A stretch of 64,000 nt of DNA. It comes from Malacoraja senta (taxonomy: Eukaryota). Below the pieces are notes generated by a model. It was given only the letters and a program-made list of their open reading frames with translations. It searched no databases and was not told the DNA's origin. The stretch covers positions 12,092,001 through 12,156,000 of the forward strand of contig CM075990.1 of assembly GCA_038087875.1 (NCBI GenBank), read 5' to 3'. Below are positions 25,301-37,702 of the stretch, in pieces (position 1 is the first letter of the stretch; the number at the start of each line of letters is the position of its first letter). A program made the translations under genes and the position numbers.

Positions 25301-26749
25301 ACCGCCCCCAGTCCAGCAGCAGAATACCAACAAGTAGCCATTAGTTAAACTTGTGCCAGGGGGTCTGGGCCCGCTGAAGTTGCTTCAGATTGAAGTTGAT
25401 CTCCGCTGGCTCAGCAGTACAGGTCCTCCCCAGCCTACGATCATTCGACTTATGCCCAGCATCACATACGGAGGAGGGAGGGAGACTGGACAGATGGATT
25501 TGCGAGCTGCTGTTGGGGTTCGGGCATCTTGTGCCGTGGACAAACTCAGTTTGCAGCCACATTTCCAACTTGTGAACTGTCCGCTTGCAAATGGTTGTCA
25601 GGAACGGATCCCTACCATAACCTTGGGAGACCTGTATACCTATGAATTATACCCTCTGTGATTTATGATCAGAAGGCCAAGTGAATGAAGCCTGACGGTT
25701 CGGTTTCCTATGTGGTTATGTGTCTGTAAAAGATTGTCAGAAAATATCCTTTACAACTACATTCAATGTCATCTCTTTTAGCTTTCTCTGATTTGTAAGC
25801 AAGCTGGTAGAAGCGCTGCCTTGCGGCTCCAGCAGCCCAGGTTCAATCTTGACCTTTGGTGCTGTCTGTGTGGAGTTTGCATGTTTTCTTTGTGACTCCG
25901 AGGGATTCCTCCCGGTGCACCAGTTTCCTCCTCCATCCCAAAGATGTGGGTTGCTAAATGTGTGGTTTAGTTTAGAGATACAGCGAGGAAACAGGCCTTT
26001 CGGCCCACCGAGTCCACGCTGATCAGAAATCCACACACATTAACACTATCCTACACACACGAGGGACTATTTACATCTTTATACCAAGCCAATTAACCTA
26101 CAAACCTGGACGTCTTTGGAGTGTGGGAGGAAACCGAAGGTCTCGGAGGAAACCCACGCGGTCACGGGATGGGCGTACAAACTCTGTACAGACAGCACCC
26201 GTAGTCGGGATCGAACCCGGGTCTCTGGCGCTGAAAGCAGAAATTCTACCGCTGTGCCACCCTCCTGTGTACACACGCGTGTATAGGCGAGTCGCAGAAT
26301 CTAGTGGCAGCTGACGCATACGTGAAAGTAGGATTATGATTATGGAGAAAGCTTGTGGAGAATGTGAGATTGCGGAGAATTGATGGGCTAAATGGCAGCC
26401 ATCTCCTGTTGGAGAAGGGAATATGGGACCAATACTGGCCTCGGAGGTGTGCTAAGGTTTTGAGCAGTTTTTTAAATAAAAGAGTTGGTGATGTCCTTGG
26501 TTCAAGGCCATTGGAGGAATATCAGTTTTCATTGGGTACCAGTTGATGTAATTGGGAGAGAGAGCCTTCATATCATCCACTTCTCTAGATATATCTTACG
26601 GAAAGGAGATTTATCTCGATGACAGTTTTACAATATCATTGAACATCCATCATGGTGAGGGCAACTTACAGTACCAAACATTAGAAGAAAAATATGATGA
26701 ACTTGGCCTGGGTAGATGGGCTGAATGGCTCGTTTTGGCTGTGGGCTTC

Positions 26750-26939
26750 TCTTCTTCTTTTCGTGTCCATCTTGTTACAAATGTTGGCCTCGCTGTCATC
26801 GTCCGTCCTGAAATGGACGCAAGCTTCCGGCGACAATCAGTGGAAGCCATCACTTGTAATCGATGATGGTGGTAGCAGAATGAACTCAGGATACTTCCAG
26901 TATCCAGCCCCACGACGTGGACGCTTCCACTATGGGGAC
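26750..26939 (-). mobile_element. Short non-autonomous retroposon with a degenerate 5' HDV-like ribozyme and (AAG)n tail
   Basis: TSD GTGGGCTTC (26741-26749) / GTAGGCTTC (26940-26948); minus-strand 3' end TGGACACGAAAAGAAGAAGA. Confidence 0.78.
26873..26939 (-). ncRNA. HDV-like ribozyme fold, probably degenerate
   Basis: P1 GUCCCC/GGGGCU (1 mismatch), P2 UAGUGGAA/UUCUGCUA, P3 GCG/CGU, L3 UCCACGU, P1.1 GG, P4 AUACU/AGUAU. J4/2 (CCUGAGUUCA) is longer than canonical. Confidence 0.65.
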
Positions 26940-27059
26940 GTAGGCTTCACTGATGGGGTAAGAACATTTGTGCACATATGTGTGAGCCCAAGACAGTACT
27001 TGAATTGGTTTTGTTTAATATTATCACGTGGACTGAGGTACAGTGAAAGGCTTTTTTAT

Positions 27060-27060
<1 letters not shown>

Positions 27061-27133
<73 letters not shown>
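27061..27133. repeat. (AG)n microsatellite
   Basis: Uninterrupted AG run. Confidence 0.97.
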
Positions 27134-27135
<2 letters not shown>

Positions 27136-27609
27136 CTTGAAGATGACAACAAGCAAGGATGAAGAATCAAGGAAACATTAATTAAATTCGCCAGCACTGA
27201 TATGGTAGAGCAGCTGCCTCACAGTGCCAGAGACTTGGGTTTGATCCTGACCTTGGGTGCTGTCTGTGCGGAGTTTGCACGCTTTCTTTGTGACCTTGTT
27301 GGTTTCCTTTGGTGCTTTGGTTTGCCCCGACATCTCAAGGTCATGTGGGTTTGTTGGTCAAGTCAACTTTATTTGTCACATACAAGATGTGCAGTGAAAT
27401 GAAAGTGGCAATGCCTGTGGTTAATTACCCTCTGAAAATTGCCCCCGTGTGCAAGGAGAGGAAGTGGAATAACATAGAACTGGTGAGAACGGGTGATCAA
27501 TAGCCATTGTGGACATGGTGAGTTGAAGGGCCTGTTTCCAAGTATCCTCATAACTCCGTGGATTGTCACCTTGTCACCCTCTCATTCTCTGTGAAGCTTG
27601 TGTGGACCT

Positions 27610-27963
27610 GAGATCCGGAGAGCGATGCTGTCTGGAGCCATGCTCCTGGTAGGGCCACCCATGGAGAGAGGTCTCTGACAAAGAGCAATCCAACCAAGAC
27701 CTCAACGGTGGAACAGGCGGAGGACGATGGCTGACCTTAGTGGAGCGTCACGACGGCTGGGAAGGCTGCAGCAGAAAAGGGCCTCCAGTCGTCTTGGATT
27801 CCATGCCACTGGATCCTGACCCAGGTCTGTCAAGGGCCGTGGGGTGGCTGTCTGTGCACCATTTGCCCCATGTTAAGCAATGTCACGCACAGGTGTCCTC
27901 CACATAGGGAATAGCAAGCACCCTGGAGGCACCCATGGTCAGCCACGACCGAAGGGGGCCTAA
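27610..27963 (+). mobile_element. Probable RTE-clade (Rex3/Expander-like) derived non-autonomous element
   Basis: GGAGCCATGCTCCTGGTAGGGCCACCCATGG resembles RTE/Rex3 5' UTRs (recalled); no ORF. Confidence 0.4.
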
Positions 27964-28053
27964 GGTTGATAACAGTTTTGTCCTCAGCAGGAGAACATTC
28001 TGATTGAAGATTATTGGGCTGAATTGTTACTCCATTTCCCATCTGAAGAAGGC

Positions 28054-28441
28054 TCTCGACCCGAAACGTCACCCAATCCTTCTCTCCAGAGATGCTGCCT
28101 GTCCCGCTGAGTTACTCCAGCACTTTGTGTCCATCTTCGGTTTAAGCCAGCACCTCCAGTTCCTCCCTGCACAAGTTCTACCACTCTGTCGCACTGCCCT
28201 CATAAAATGAAGAAAGGATCTAAAATAAACACAATTCTCGAGGTAGCGCAGTCCACAAGTGGTCGTCGTGGAAAGAAATCCGATGACCTTGCGGGGAGCT
28301 GGTAAATTATCAATAACTGGGCAATAATACAAGGCTCCCCATCCCAGATTGGCACTAAGCTCAGGGATTCGCATGCTGTGGGGCTGGTTGTGGAACGCGG
28401 GTGTGTTGTCGTTGACTTTGTGAGCCACACTGCACTTGAAT
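28054..28441 (-). pseudogene. Inverted, degraded duplicate of the 3' part of CDH23 exon 6 plus downstream intron
   Basis: Minus strand encodes VNDNTPAFHNQPHSMRIPE and aligns with about 42199-42813. The donor is mutated (GAG|gtgagt to GAG|cttagt), and the copy lacks the CR1 insert found at about 42408-42650. Confidence 0.9.
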
Positions 28442-30436
28442 CAAACTCTGAACATTCCCTCTCAACAGATGCTGCAACAGTTGAGCTAGATCACTCGGGA
28501 ACAAAGTTACTGCATCTTGAATTGAAGATGTAATCGGCATGAAGATACATTTACTTTCCACTGAACCTGCATAATTAAACCCATAACCCATTAAATGTTT
28601 CCTGAACAGCTTGTGTCTTTGTTCCCGCATCACACTGATTGCAGCACGTTTAATTACTTTTCATCAGAAATGTATTAATGAATTGTTAGAAAGAGATATT
28701 TGCCATCAATTGAAGCTTTAGAGAAACATCGGGATTGTCAACCCTGTTTTGACCTATTGTTGACATTCCATCGTGTGACATAAAAATAGGAGCAGAATTA
28801 GACCATTCGGCCCATCAAGTCTACTCCGCCATTCAATCATGGCTGATCTATCTCTCCCTCCTAACCCCATTCTCCTGCCTTCTCCCCATAACCCCTGACA
28901 CCCACACTAATCAGGAATCTATCTATCTCTGCCATAAATATATCCACTAATTTTGCCTCCATGGCCTTCCTTGGCACAGATTATCCACCCTCTGACTAAA
29001 GAAATTCCTCCTCATCTCCTTCCAAAAAGAACGTCCTTTAATTCTGAGGCTATGACCTCTGGTCCTAGCCTCTTCCCCATTTGGTCACATGGCATTTAAT
29101 CACATGGTTCTTGGTCACATGATCACAGCATTGACAGTATCTGATTTTTGTTTTGTGTCGGTAAGACTCATAGAGTCTTACAGCATGGACACAGGCCCTT
29201 CGGCCCAACTTGCCCACACTTGGCCAACATGTCCCATATACACTAGTTCCTCCTCCCTGCATTTGGCCCATATATATCCCTCTAAACCTGGTCCATCCAT
29301 GTACATGTCTAAATGTTTCTTAAACATTGCAATAGTATCTGTCTCAACTACCTCCTCTGGCAGCTCGTTCCGTACACCTACCACCCTCTGCGTAAAAAAG
29401 TCACCCCTCAGATTCTCTCCCTCAACCCCCTTAAACCTATGTTAGTTGGGTCTCAATTCCCCTACTCTGGGCAAGAGACTCTGTGCGTCCACTCAGATCA
29501 CAGTGAGGAATGTGGAGGAGTCACTGTGGTGGATGTTTATGTTAAAATGTATTTTGTGTGTTTTGTTGCTTTTTATCGGTATGACCTGTATGGCAAATCG
29601 AATTCCTCGTATGTTAAAGTATGATTATGATGATGTTATCATCCTACCACAACCAGAGAGCAGTCCTCAACTACCATCTACCTCTATGGTGACCCTCGGA
29701 CTATCCTTGATCAGACTTTGCTGGCTTTACCTTGCACTGAAAGTTATTCCCTTATCATGTATCTATACACTGTAAATGGATCGATTGTAATCATGTATTT
29801 TCTTTCTGCTGACTGGTTAGCACGCAACAAAAGCACTTTCACTGTACCTTGGTACACATGACACTAAAGTAAACTGAGGTCAAGGGAGTAACGATAGGTT
29901 TGGGGCCCTTTAATTGTCTGGACACACATGGTTTGAACAAGTGGCAGTGAGAGTGACAACAAAACTTGGTGAGACACAAAAAACTCAGCGGGACAGGCAG
30001 CATCTCTGAAGAGAAGGAATGGGTGACGTTCCGGGTCGAGACCCTTCTACAGGCTGAGAAACGTCACCCATTCCTTCTCTCCAGAGACACTGCCTGTCCC
30101 CGCTGAGTTACTCCAACTTTTTGTGTCCATCTTCGGTTTAAACCAGCATCTGCAGTTCCTTCCTAAACAAAACCTAGTCGATCAATGCAGTGGTACATAA
30201 TTATAGCAACCATAGCTTCCGTTCCCATAGCGTCTATCAATTCACAGTTTCATCAAGCAGAAAATTGACGATAATCGATCGGAGACTTGATACAAGGGTC
30301 AAGGAGAATCTTAAAGGGGGAGGATGTGGAAAGAGTAAATCCCAAACCTTGGGGCCATTGTTGTCAGTAATGTGATTGGCAGCTTATCATATAGTGTGTC
30401 TATCATCGGTAGAAACCAGCATCTGCAGTTCCTTGA

Positions 30437-30780
30437 ACAACTCCACCTCCCATTCCGAATCCGACCTTTCTGTCCTGGGCCTCCTCCATGGCCAGAGTGA
30501 GCACCACCGGAAACAGGAGCAGCACCTCATATTCCGCTTGGGCAGTTTGCATCCCAGTGGCCTGAACATTGACATGTCCAATTTCCGGTAGCCCTTGCTG
30601 TCTCCTCCCCTTCTCAGCTCTCCCTCAGCCCTCTGGCTCCTCCTCTTACTTTCTTCTTCCTGCCCCCCCCCACCCCCCCCAACCACCTTGCATCAGTCTG
30701 AAGAAGGTTTCGGCCTGAAACGTTGCCTATTTCCTTCGCTCCATAGATGCTGCCGCACCCGCTGAGCAATTTTGTCTACC
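30437..30780 (+). mobile_element. Penelope-like element 3' fragment (end of GIY-YIG ORF + terminal repeat with hammerhead core)
   Basis: Encodes HSESDLSVLGLL...EQHLIFRLGSLHPSGLNIDMSNFR*, followed by CTGAAGA-AGGTTTCGGCCT-GAAACGTT. Related antisense fragments at about 32700-33345 and 56190-56467. Confidence 0.82.
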
Positions 30781-31074
30781 TTGATAAACTAATCTAATTT
30801 GACTGCACATGATCCATATCCCTTCGTTGGATATGCATATGTCTATCTAAAAGCCTTTTAAACATCACTATCCTATCTACCTGCACCCCCCCCCCCCCCC
30901 CAGCAACGTGTTCCAGGCAACCATTTTTATGTGTAAAAATATCACTCACCTCACACATCCCCTTTAAACCTTGCTCCTCTAACCTTAAAGCTACGCCCTC
31001 TGGTCTTTGTCATCCACCCTAGGGAAAAGGTTCAGACTCTCTAATCTGTGCCTCATCATTTTATACTGTAGACT

Positions 31075-31126
31075 GGGGCCAAGGAAAGAGCGTTCACGTC
31101 GCGGCCCTGTTTCCACCAATCTTTCC
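31075..31126 (+). ncRNA. Minimal HDV/CPEB3-like self-cleaving ribozyme (predicted)
   Basis: P1 GGGGCC/GGCCCU with a G1-U wobble, P2 GGAAAGA/UCUUUCC, P3 GCG/CGC, L3 UUCACGU, J1/4 GU, P4 replaced by UUCCA, J4/2 CCAA (catalytic C at 31116). Confidence 0.85.
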
Positions 31127-31243
31127 ACCACCACGCACAAGGAGCGACAAGACAGACACCATTGTACGCAGATGCCGAGACGTGTGTTCATCTCCGGCTG
31201 GACAACTTCTGATCTTGTGTGTGGACTCCATAAGAAGAAGAAG
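31075..31243 (+). mobile_element. Short non-autonomous retroposon with a 5' HDV-like ribozyme and (AAG)n tail
   Basis: Perfect TSD ACTGTAGACT at 31065-31074 and 31244-31253; 3' end TAAGAAGAAGAAG; first base is G1 of the ribozyme. Confidence 0.88.
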
Positions 31244-31273
31244 ACTGTAGACTTGACCATTAACAACTGCTTT

Positions 31274-31582
31274 ATTTAGTTTTTGTTTAGTTCAGAAATA
31301 CAGCATGGAAACAGACCCTTGGGCCCACCGAGTCCGCGCCTACCAGTGATCCCCGCACACTAACACTATCCTACACACTGGGGACAATTTTTTACATATC
31401 TATCATACCTATAAACCTGTACGTCTTTGGAGTGTGGGAGGAAACGGAGGTCCTGAAGAAAACCTAGGCAGGTCACAGGGAGAACGTACAAACTCCGTAC
31501 AGACAGCACCCGTGGTCAGGATCGAACCGGGGTCTCTGGCGCTGTAATGCAACAACACTACCTCTGTTCCACCGTGCCGCCC
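31274..31582 (-). mobile_element. tRNA-derived V-SINE (HE1-like)
   Basis: Family copy lying just downstream of the ribozyme retroposon. Confidence 0.78.
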
Positions 31583-32231
31583 AATATTATACAAGTCATC
31601 AAAAGAAATGAAAACAAATTCCATTCATTAATTCCCACCTGCCAGTACAGCACAGCGTCAGGAATGTGAAATGAAATCTTTGGAGGGAGTTGGAAAAAAA
31701 ACTACCCAATGCTTGGGAAAGCAGCATATTGTACGGCATTGCACTAGCAGCGGTCATGAACATGGTCTCCTGCAGCTTCTGACAGGTACATAGTAGTTAG
31801 CATGAATGAATGAGCAATACAGAGCACAGAACTGTGAGTGTGGATCGGGATCACCATTCATTTATCATCTCTGCGTCGAAATCCAGGGACTCCCAACCCA
31901 GTAACTCTGTGCGGATATGTTTGTCATTTGGACAGCAGTGGTTCAAGGGGGCAGCTCAGCACCACCTTCTCAAGGGCAATATTTGTCATCCTTCTGAGTT
32001 CCGCATCCTGTGAATTAATTAACAGAACGCTAAGGCTTTTGCGGTAAACTTAATTTCAGCGTTGTTTGATCCATCTGTCAAGATGGTGGCTGAGGTATCG
32101 AACCCTGCAAACATGTAAAGCGCAAAAATGTGAGCAAACTGCAATGAAAGGCAGCAAATAGGAAAGAATAGTGTAGGAAGGAACGGCAGATGATGCTTTA
32201 CACCTAAGATAGACACGAAATGGTGGAGTTA

Positions 32232-32687
32232 AGGGCCTGTCCCACTTGGCCTCATTTACGTGTCATATGTAAAATATGTCGATGCGTCGTGATGCGCGAC
32301 GTCGCGCGCAAATCACACGTCAGCACAGCTGTCTGGTGCGCGTGACATCATTAGAATACGCTGCGGCGCGCGGCGACGCACATTTACGGACTTCGACGCA
32401 CGGTGACGTAACCATGCGTCACCACGCGATACACGTGAGATGTCGGGACACCAGCGAGCGACGCCAATGCGTCAGCAATACGTCAAGCAGGTGGCACGCG
32501 AGGATTTCATTACACTATGAAATCCTGGAGCGCCTCGCGATACCGCGCGCCACCGCATGCGATTCCACGCCTCACCATGCGCAATGCGTGCGTCACCCAC
32601 GCTCACCCCACGCGTCACGACACGTCGACCTATTTGACATATGACGCGTAAATGAGGTGCAAATGACGGCCAAGTGGGACAGGCCCT
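32232..32687. mobile_element. PIF/Harbinger-type MITE (CpG-rich subfamily)
   Basis: TIRs AGGGCCTGTCCCACTTGGC...GCCAAGTGGGACAGGCCCT; TTA/TAA flanks; inserted in a Penelope-derived repeat. Confidence 0.85.
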
Positions 32688-34169
32688 TAATTTAGCGGGA
32701 CGGGCGGCATCTCTGGAGAGAAGGAATGGGTGACATTTTGGGTCGAGACCTTTCTTCAGACTCTAGGGAGAGGGAGACTAGAGGTATGGACGGGTGAGGT
32801 GTGAAAACAACAGATCAAAGTAGACGGTACACAAAAATGCTGGAGAAACTCAGCGGGTGCAGCAAGCATCTATGGAGCGAAGGAAATAGGTAACGTTTCG
32901 GGCCGAAACCCTTCTTCAGGATCAAAGTAGACAATGCTCAAGGAAAATGTAGATTGGTTCATTGCTAGCTGGGGGGAAGGTGACAACGAGGCATACAATC
33001 AGAAAAATTTAATCTGGAGGACAGTGAAAGTAGTCTGAGAAGTAGGGTCGGGGACATTTTTCATCATGCTAGAAAAACGCCCCGACCTACTTGATGCCAC
33101 GAGTACCTACGACTAGCATCACGACCTACCTACGACCTACCTACGACCTCGTGACGACCATGCTGCGAGTATGAGTCAAGGGCAAACTCGGCAGAGGTCG
33201 TGAATTAGGTCGTGAAAGTGGGACAGGCCCTTTACTTGAAGTTAGAGAAATCAATATTCTTACCACTGGATTGTAAGCTGCCCAAGAGAAATATGAGGTG
33301 CTGTTCCTCCAATTTGCGTTGGGCTCCACTCTGAGAGTGGAGGAGGAAATAGTGGAAATACGTCACGTGAGAGGAGTAGAATTAGGCCATTCAGCCCATG
33401 GAGTCCACTCCGCCATTCAATCATGGCTGATCTATCTCTCCCTCTCAACCCCATTCTCCTGCCTTCTCCCCATATCCCCTGACATCCGTACAGAGGAGAG
33501 TGGAGATAGGAAAGAAATATTGCATGAATGTTGCATCTTATCACTTTGTTTGGGAAGCGTTTTCATTTCAGACAATGAATTTATTTTAAGTCTACGGGAG
33601 ACTTCAGCACGGAGGCCAACAATGAAACCCCTAGTCTCAGATAGGATGGATGGTGTGTCAGCGTTAATGGAGGTAACGGCGTTAGCTGGGGAATTTACTG
33701 TCTTTCGGATGGTGTCACTGCATCTTTCGTCCCTATCTGATCATGCGTCTCTGATCAATGTTCAATCAGAAAGAAAAGCCTCTGAATAGGCAGCTCTCCC
33801 TCAGAGCTATGCTGGAGAGACAGCTTTAGTAATCTGTCAAATGCAAGCTGGTTCTGCAAGGTTGTCGTTGGAATTCCTCAAAGCACTTAAACGCCGATAG
33901 TTTTGTGTCAGATCTAATTCTGTATCCCTTTTCTGCCAACTCCATCAATATATCTTTTCATTCTATTCTCCCTGTGGTGTTTATTTAGCTTGCTCTTAAA
34001 CACAATTGTGTTCCTTTCCCTCAGTAATCCTTGTGGTAGTTGGTTCCACATTCTCTGAGTAAAGAAGTTTCCTGTTAATTCCTTTGGGATTTATGAATGT
34101 ACTTGAGGGCTTTAGTATTGAGCCAATTCAAGTCAAGTTTATTGTTATATGCACAAGTACCATAGGGTT

Positions 34170-34462
34170 TCACGGTGGTGCTGCGGTAGAGTTGCTGCTT
34201 TACAGCGCCAGAGACCCGGGTTCGATCCTGACTACGGGAGCTGTCTGTACAGAGTTTGTACGTTCTCCCCATGACCTGCGTGGGTTTTCCCCGGGAGCTC
34301 CAGTTTCCTCCCACACTAAAAAGACGTACAGGTTTGTAGGTTTGGCTTGGTATAATTGTAATTTGTCCCTAATGTGTGTAGTTTGTGTTAGTTTGCTTGT
34401 CGTTGGTCGGCACAGACTCAGTGGGCCGAAGGGCCTGTTTCCGCGCTGTATTTCTGCACTAA
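34170..34462 (+). mobile_element. tRNA-derived V-SINE (HE1-like)
   Basis: Near full-length family copy. Confidence 0.8.
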
Positions 34463-35312
34463 GATGCAGGTACAATGGAAATCCTGCCTGCAGCAACATC
34501 ACATTTGCGTGGGTCAGATAACACACAAAAACATATCTTATACATAACCTGCAAGACACTGAAGTAATAGATTGTACAGATACAAAGATGTTAGTGCAAA
34601 TAAGCTTTTGGCCTTCTCGCTCACCAAAAATCTATCTAACTCTCCTGAAGATTTTGCTTCCACTGAACTTTAAGGTTGAGAGTTCCAAAGACATTCAATT
34701 CCTGGGATGAGAGATGCCTTATTTGAAAGTGGGCAAAATTCTAGATTTTCACACACAAGTCTAACTAAACAGCACTAACAAAACTATGAACTACTATCTT
34801 TGGTTGCACTGAGAACTAGTTTTTTTTGCGCTTGAATTGGGGTTATTAATTTATTGATTTTTATTGATGATGTTATCAATGCACATTGTGTTTGCAGGCC
34901 TTTTATGCTGCTGCAAGTAAGAATTTCATTGTTCCGTTGCCAATGCAAATGGACACTGGACTCTTGACTTGCGAAGGGAAATGTCCACATTTGCCAGACT
35001 CTCCTGTATCTAGTGTGTCTCAGAGTAGTCCCCCCTCATTTTCTAAATGTCAGCAGATCCAGACCTAGTGTTGCCCGGGAGGCAACCGGTCCATTCCAGC
35101 TGTTGGTCTGGTGAAGTTTCCCTGAACTGCCTCCAAATGTTGCCTATTCCTTTTCTCCAGAGTTGCTGCCTGACCTGCTGTGTGTTGCTCCAACACCTTT
35201 GTGTCTATCACTGCAAGGTAGCCCCGTGTGTAGACATTGGGTGATGTTCCTCTACCTCATGCTTATGGCTGGGGCGACTGACTGACTCACTGTTCTCTGT
35301 ATTATTCCACAG

Positions 35313-35455
35313 GAACCTCCGTGACCAAACTGCGGGCCAGAGATCCAGACAACGACACGCTTGTGTTTGGCGTCGCGGGGGAAGAAGCCAGCAAATACTT
35401 TGCCGTGGAAAGCGAGACCGGTGTGGTATGGCTTCGCCAGCCTCTGGATAGAGAG
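35313..35455 (+). CDS. CDH23: Cadherin-23 coding exon (equivalent to human exon 4; EC1 domain)
   Basis: Flanked by ttccacAG and GTgctt; 143 nt. Translates (G)TSVTKLRARDPDNDTLVFGVAGEEASKYFAVESETGVVWLRQPLDRE, versus human GSSVTQLLAQDMDNDPLVFGVSGEEASRFFAVEPDTGVVWLRQPLDRE (recalled). Confidence 0.95.
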
Positions 35456-36081
35456 GTGCTTACAAACATAGAAAATAGGTGCAGGAGTAGGCCATTCGGC
35501 CCTTCGAGCCAGCACCGCCATTCAATATGATCACGGCTGATCATCCACAATCAGTACCCCGTTCCTGCTTTTCCCCCCATATCCCTTGATTCCGTCAGCC
35601 ATCATTACTATCATTGCTCCTGGCAAGACTGGAGGCACAGTACAGACCCCAAGACCTTGCATCTTCAAGCAGGTTTCATTGCTGGGATGACTGATTTATC
35701 TCAACTAAAACATCTATTAATTAAGCAATATTCGGCCCTTGAGAATAAATTACTGCCAGTTTGATTGTGGTGATTTGCGGCAAGTAGCACTCATCTATTC
35801 AATAGAAAAACAAATGTCTGCTAATTGGCAATAATCCACTGTAACCAAGTGCCTTGTCGTAATTCACTCTTAGAGTGGATTAACACGGGACGTGACTTTC
35901 CTCTGTACGTGTGCCCCGCATTCATAATCATCTCTAATGTCTTCCTAGGCCTGATTCTTGAAATGGCTTTTAAAAGTACAATGTAACTTTGACTTCCTAT
36001 ATCATATGATCACTTGCTCAAATGATTTACAGTGATCTGTCACTTGCTGTGGTGTTTTTATGTTAGACTTCCACATGATGT

Positions 36082-36200
36082 TCTCTCTGTCTCTCTCTCC
36101 CTCCCTCTCTCTCCCTCTCTCCCTCTCCCTCTCTCCCTCTCTCCCTCCCTCTCCCCCCTCTCTCTCCCCCCCTCTCTCCCTCTCTCTCTCTCCCCCCCCT
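36082..36200. repeat. CT-rich low-complexity tract
   Basis: Imperfect (CT)n/(CCT)n polypyrimidine run. Confidence 0.9.
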
Positions 36201-37702
36201 TCCATACACATTCCCAAATTACTAATGAATCGCCAAACAAATGTTACTTTGTTGGCCCGCTGATTTGTGTGGAATTGGGGGAAGGGGGGAGTGAAAATAC
36301 TGAAAGGAAATAAAATATTGAAGAGTTACTGATTGGAAATTAAGAAGGAAGGAAAATAAAGGAAAGTGTGGCTCGAAGTTTGCTTTAACTGGGAACTCTG
36401 CAGTGCTTTAAACTCCATAATCTGTTTGAGCAGTTAAGATGTGGTCAATTCCGACAGTCTCACGTTTCACATTAGGCCGATGAAAGGTCACCACCCGAAA
36501 TGTCACCTATTCCTTCTCTCCAGAGATGCTGCCTGATCCGCTGAGTTACTCCAGCATTTTGCGTCTACCTCCGGTGAAAACCAGCATCTGCAGTTCCTTC
36601 CTACACATGGTAGAGTAGGAATTGGTGGGCTAGAAATTCTCCGGGACCGTGACCCATCACGGGAACCCTTGTCCATCTGGAGTAAACACAACGGGACAAC
36701 CTAGAGGTCACTACTTCATAAAATCAGAATTCACTCGTTTTTGATTCAATGATGCTTTTCCCACAGTTCTTCCCAGGACTTTTATTCCTTGACCTGTTTA
36801 TCTCCAAACTGCTGAAAGGATGCCATTCTTACTCCTCTCTTCCCCCCCCCCCCCCCAATCCAATGAGCGATGCAGCTGACCTTCCCATCATCGCGGGTTC
36901 CTTTCAGCAAACTGTTCAATGTCAGTTTGTGGTATTATTTACATTTCCCAAATGCCTCCACGAAGTGGTTGCTCGCTCAGTTCAACGTGGTGGAACAGTT
37001 ACCGTTCATAAACGACAGGAGTAGAATAAGACCACTCGGCCCATTAAGTCCACTCCGCCATTCAATCATAGCTGATCTGTCTCTCCCTCCTAACCCCATT
37101 CTCCTGCCTTCTCCCCATAATCTTTGACACCCGCTACTGCCTTTCACACACTCTACGAGATGGTGTTTTGTTCTGGGGGGGGTTGGACACAGCAGTCCGA
37201 CCATCATGCACTATGTAACATTAGCTCACTAAATCATTTTTCTTTGGTCCCAAGGTGCTTTCTTAATTACACTTTCAGACTCAAATTTGAGCCTTGTAAC
37301 CTATATTCAAATTACAGGCAATGTGTTACCATTTTCCTCGGAGAATACGCTGTATTAATGAAGGATGCAGGGCATTAATGGCAATGGATTCCTATTCATT
37401 CTTAAAATAGTGCTATCTTGGGAGTCAAATTTTTAAATGAAGTAATTTTTTATTTTTAAGAAAAGGTTGATTTTTAAAATCAGAAGTCGAATTACTTTAA
37501 TGCCAAAATTCACTTTACTTTAAAAAAAATATTTTTCTTTTTTTTAAATAAGGGAGGCACAAGGAACTGCAAATGCTGGCTTACAAAAGTGGACAGTGCT
37601 GGAGTAACTCAGCAGGGTCAGGCAGTATCTCTAGAGAACAGAGTTAGGTGACGTTTCGGGTCGGGACCCTTCTTCAGAAGGAGTCTTCATTTTTATTTGA
37701 GT

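Noticed and set aside
26300..26335. TTCACGT on the minus strand, matching the ribozyme L3
   Set aside because: The flanking triplets do not form P3, and there is no P1, P2, tail or TSD.
28069..28428. 119-aa minus-strand ORF starting with a cadherin motif, as a separate antisense gene
   Set aside because: It is the inverted exon 6 duplicate reading on into intron and repeat sequence; the donor is destroyed and no other exons were seen.
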